A DNA stretch of 64,000 nucleotides from Camelus ferus (taxonomy: Eukaryota): NCBI RefSeq assembly GCF_009834535.1, contig NC_045708.1:52948001-53012000 (forward strand). Direction: 5' to 3'. Of the stretch, positions 61,614 to 64,000 are shown piece after piece. Below the pieces are notes generated by a model. The model saw only the letters and a list, made by a program, of their open reading frames with translations, did not search any database and was not told where the DNA came from. Position 1 is the stretch's first letter. Every line of letters begins with the position of its first letter. A program made the translations under genes and the position numbers.

Positions 61614-62214
61614 TATGTTAATTTCTCTAGCATATTTATTAGAAATTGACCGTAGCCATGACAGAGATAGTATTAATTGTGGCCTTCTGGTCCACTGGAG
61701 ACCACCAAATGCTTATTTAAGTTTTGTTTAACTGAGAGGATAACTAAATTTAATCACATTTAGAAGGCAAATGAACCAACCAAACCAATAAACTAACCAA
61801 CCAATTTTTGGGGGTCTAGAGATGCAGCTGGGTATGGTATCATAGCTGATGAATGGGAAGGACCTGAAGAGGGAGTGGGTTGGAGAAGATAGCAAATCTC
61901 TTCTTGTAATTAGATTTTGTAGAACAGGAAGAAGAAAGTGTTGATAATTCCTTAATACATTTGCAACTGGGCAAGGCCAAAGTGTTATATGAATGGAGGT
62001 GTGTGGGAGTATGTACTTCCGGTGGACTTTGTAGTGAACTCCTGACCTCAATTTCCTTATATCCATTTTTCTCCCATCCTCCTTCCCTCCTTTTCTTCCT
62101 TTCTTCTTCTCATTTACTAAAAAACAATATTATTCCTACTTTACGAAGATGAAATCTCTCTGTTGGACTCTTTCCAGATCTGAAATGTTAATGATCTTAT
62201 CCTCAAAGATGTCA

Positions 62215-62480
62215 AACAAGCGAGTTTAGTACTTAAAAGCATGAGTTTTGAAATTCAGGTGGACCTGGGTTCAAGTCTTTATCACTTGCTATCTGTGTGG
62301 CCTTTAGCAATTTATTCATCCTCTCTAAATCCTAGTTCCCTCCTCTGTAAAATACAAATAATAATCGTAGTTACTTTAGAGGTTTGTTCTGAGAATTAAA
62401 ATGATAAAAAGCACCACTGAACAAGTTACAAGACTTAGGCAAATGTGTTTTAAACATCTTTGAATGAAGAGCTATGACAC
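62215..62480 (+). mobile_element. MIR SINE
   Basis: taaaagcatgagttttgaaattcaggtggacctgggttcaagtctt...gtgtggcctttagcaatttattcatcctctctaaatcctagttccctcctctgtaaaata. Confidence 0.75.
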
Positions 62481-63224
62481 ATGGCACATGAGTGCTATAA
62501 AAGCACCTTGGAAATGGAAGCCAGGCATGTGTAGAAGGGTCTCTTCTGCCATTTGCTATTTGCAGGGTGCATGACTTATTCATCATCACATTTCCAGTAT
62601 CAGCACTATTTCTAAAACAATAGTGGACATTCAGTGTTGGCTCAGTAAATGAATCAATGAGTGAATGAATGATCTAGAAGTCCAAATAACTTTCATCTTC
62701 TGTGCCAAATCTGATTGACTGGTAGGATTCAGGAAGAATTATTAGGTTGCATATGTGCTTGGCTGTACCAATCAATCTGCCATGCTATGTCTTTCTAGCC
62801 AGAGCATAGGTGCAGGAGTAGCAGTTTACAAATTCATTGACCCAGGCCTTGGCCCTTAATCTAGTAAAGAGGAGAAATCAGAATTTGGAATTAAGGAGAT
62901 GGTAGTTCTTTCTGTGTTTACTTGCTCTTAATTAGAAGAGACAAGTAATCTTACCACATTCATCTTGAAAGGATTGGCATCAGGGAAAGTTGTGTTGGTG
63001 ACAATCTAAAGCCCAATTATGTAAACCATGAGCACTACTTCTCTCATTATTTCTTTCATGCTCAGAGAAACAGATGACTCTTCCACTTTAAGTCTTCCCA
63101 TTATTTTTTAGCTTCTATTTTATTTAGATACTGGAGCATCTTGCATTCAATTTGCCATTTGACAGATGTGCTCCATTAAGCTAGGTCAGATTTATCAGTG
63201 AAGATTTTAAAAAATAACAACAGA

Positions 63225-63334
63225 GACTCTGTCATAGAGACTCTGATTCACGATTCTCACCAAGGCACCAGGTATTTGTATTTTTGGAAAGTCCACAGGT
63301 GATTTTTGAGGCATAGCTTAGTTGAGAACTATTG
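63225..63334. mobile_element. MER5-type hAT-Charlie fragment
   Basis: gactctgattca...ccaggtatttgtatttttggaaagtccacaggtgatttttgaggcatagcttagttgagaactattg. Confidence 0.55.
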
Positions 63335-64000
63335 GTATATGAAATGATTTTCTTAACTTCATTTGAATTATGGTTTCAAATATTCTTACTTACAGAGCCT
63401 TAGTTTCCTCATCTTTGAAATGGAAATAACATTTTAAGGTTACTGTGATAATCAGAGATAATACCAAATATTAATCATTAATGTTTGTGCCCCTAAAGAG
63501 ATGGTGTAAGGAAGATGTCATTTTCAGTCTGAAGGGATTTGAGGAATTTGGGGAAGCATTATTATCAATATTAATAGAGTTTTAAATTTATGAAGTGCTA
63601 CTGGTCTACCCAGAATGATTATGGAATTAAGTATTCTGATTAACTTGCTTCCCTGAACGAACCAGAAAATAAATTGTGATTTAATTTTCATTGCTGAAAA
63701 TGTTCCTATAATCTAATAGTCTATTCTGCTTTTAAAAAAATCTAATATAATGCACATAATTAGATCAATTTTGATAATTCCAATACCACAATGTTATCAT
63801 TCAGAACAAAAAAAATGTCATTTGCGAGCAATGTAAGCATTGCTTATTGAAGACTAGATGCAGTATTCAGATGCCCAGGATGTATCTGGGATGCCGTTCT
63901 ATTGCTTTTTGTTCGGTTCTTTTAAAAAAATATTTTAATTTAAACCATTGTTAAATTCATTTCTAGTTTCCTCAGTCATCTTGAGGGTGTAGTGTTGTGG

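Noticed and set aside
370-62589. The supplied six-frame ORFs as protein-coding genes
   Set aside because: All are 145 aa or shorter with random-like composition and no domain I recognise. The longest overlap repeats (38430-38867 ERV1 LTR, 57960-58367 L2/G-rich, 53600-53989 MaLR-int, 34470-34811 L2, 19688-19993 and 20108-20425 ERV1 LTR).
1-64000. CRISPR arrays, prokaryotic operons, rRNA or snRNA genes
   Set aside because: No regularly spaced repeats or RNA-gene signatures. The sequence is eukaryotic and repeat-rich.

Overview
This is AT-rich, CpG-depleted mammalian non-coding DNA, most likely camelid (alpaca, llama or camel). The species call rests on two tRNA-Ala-derived vic-1-type SINEs and on lineage-type L1 3' ends. 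There is no CpG island, intact gene, RNA gene or CRISPR array. None of the supplied ORFs (all 145 aa or shorter) resembles a protein I recognise, and the longest overlap repeats. A large part of the window is transposon fossils: L1, L2, MIR, CR1/L3, MaLR/ERVL and ERV1 LTRs, hAT MITEs, a Tigger1 derivative and a 2.3-kb hAT-Tip100 remnant that still shows transposase motifs. All eight young insertions lie on the minus strand, which hints that the window is inside a plus-strand transcription unit. A few unannotated splice-site-flanked segments and TF-motif clusters merit checking. I find no convincing evidence of a new biological system. Family names come from recalled consensus sequences, not a database search, and most boundaries without a stated TSD are approximate.
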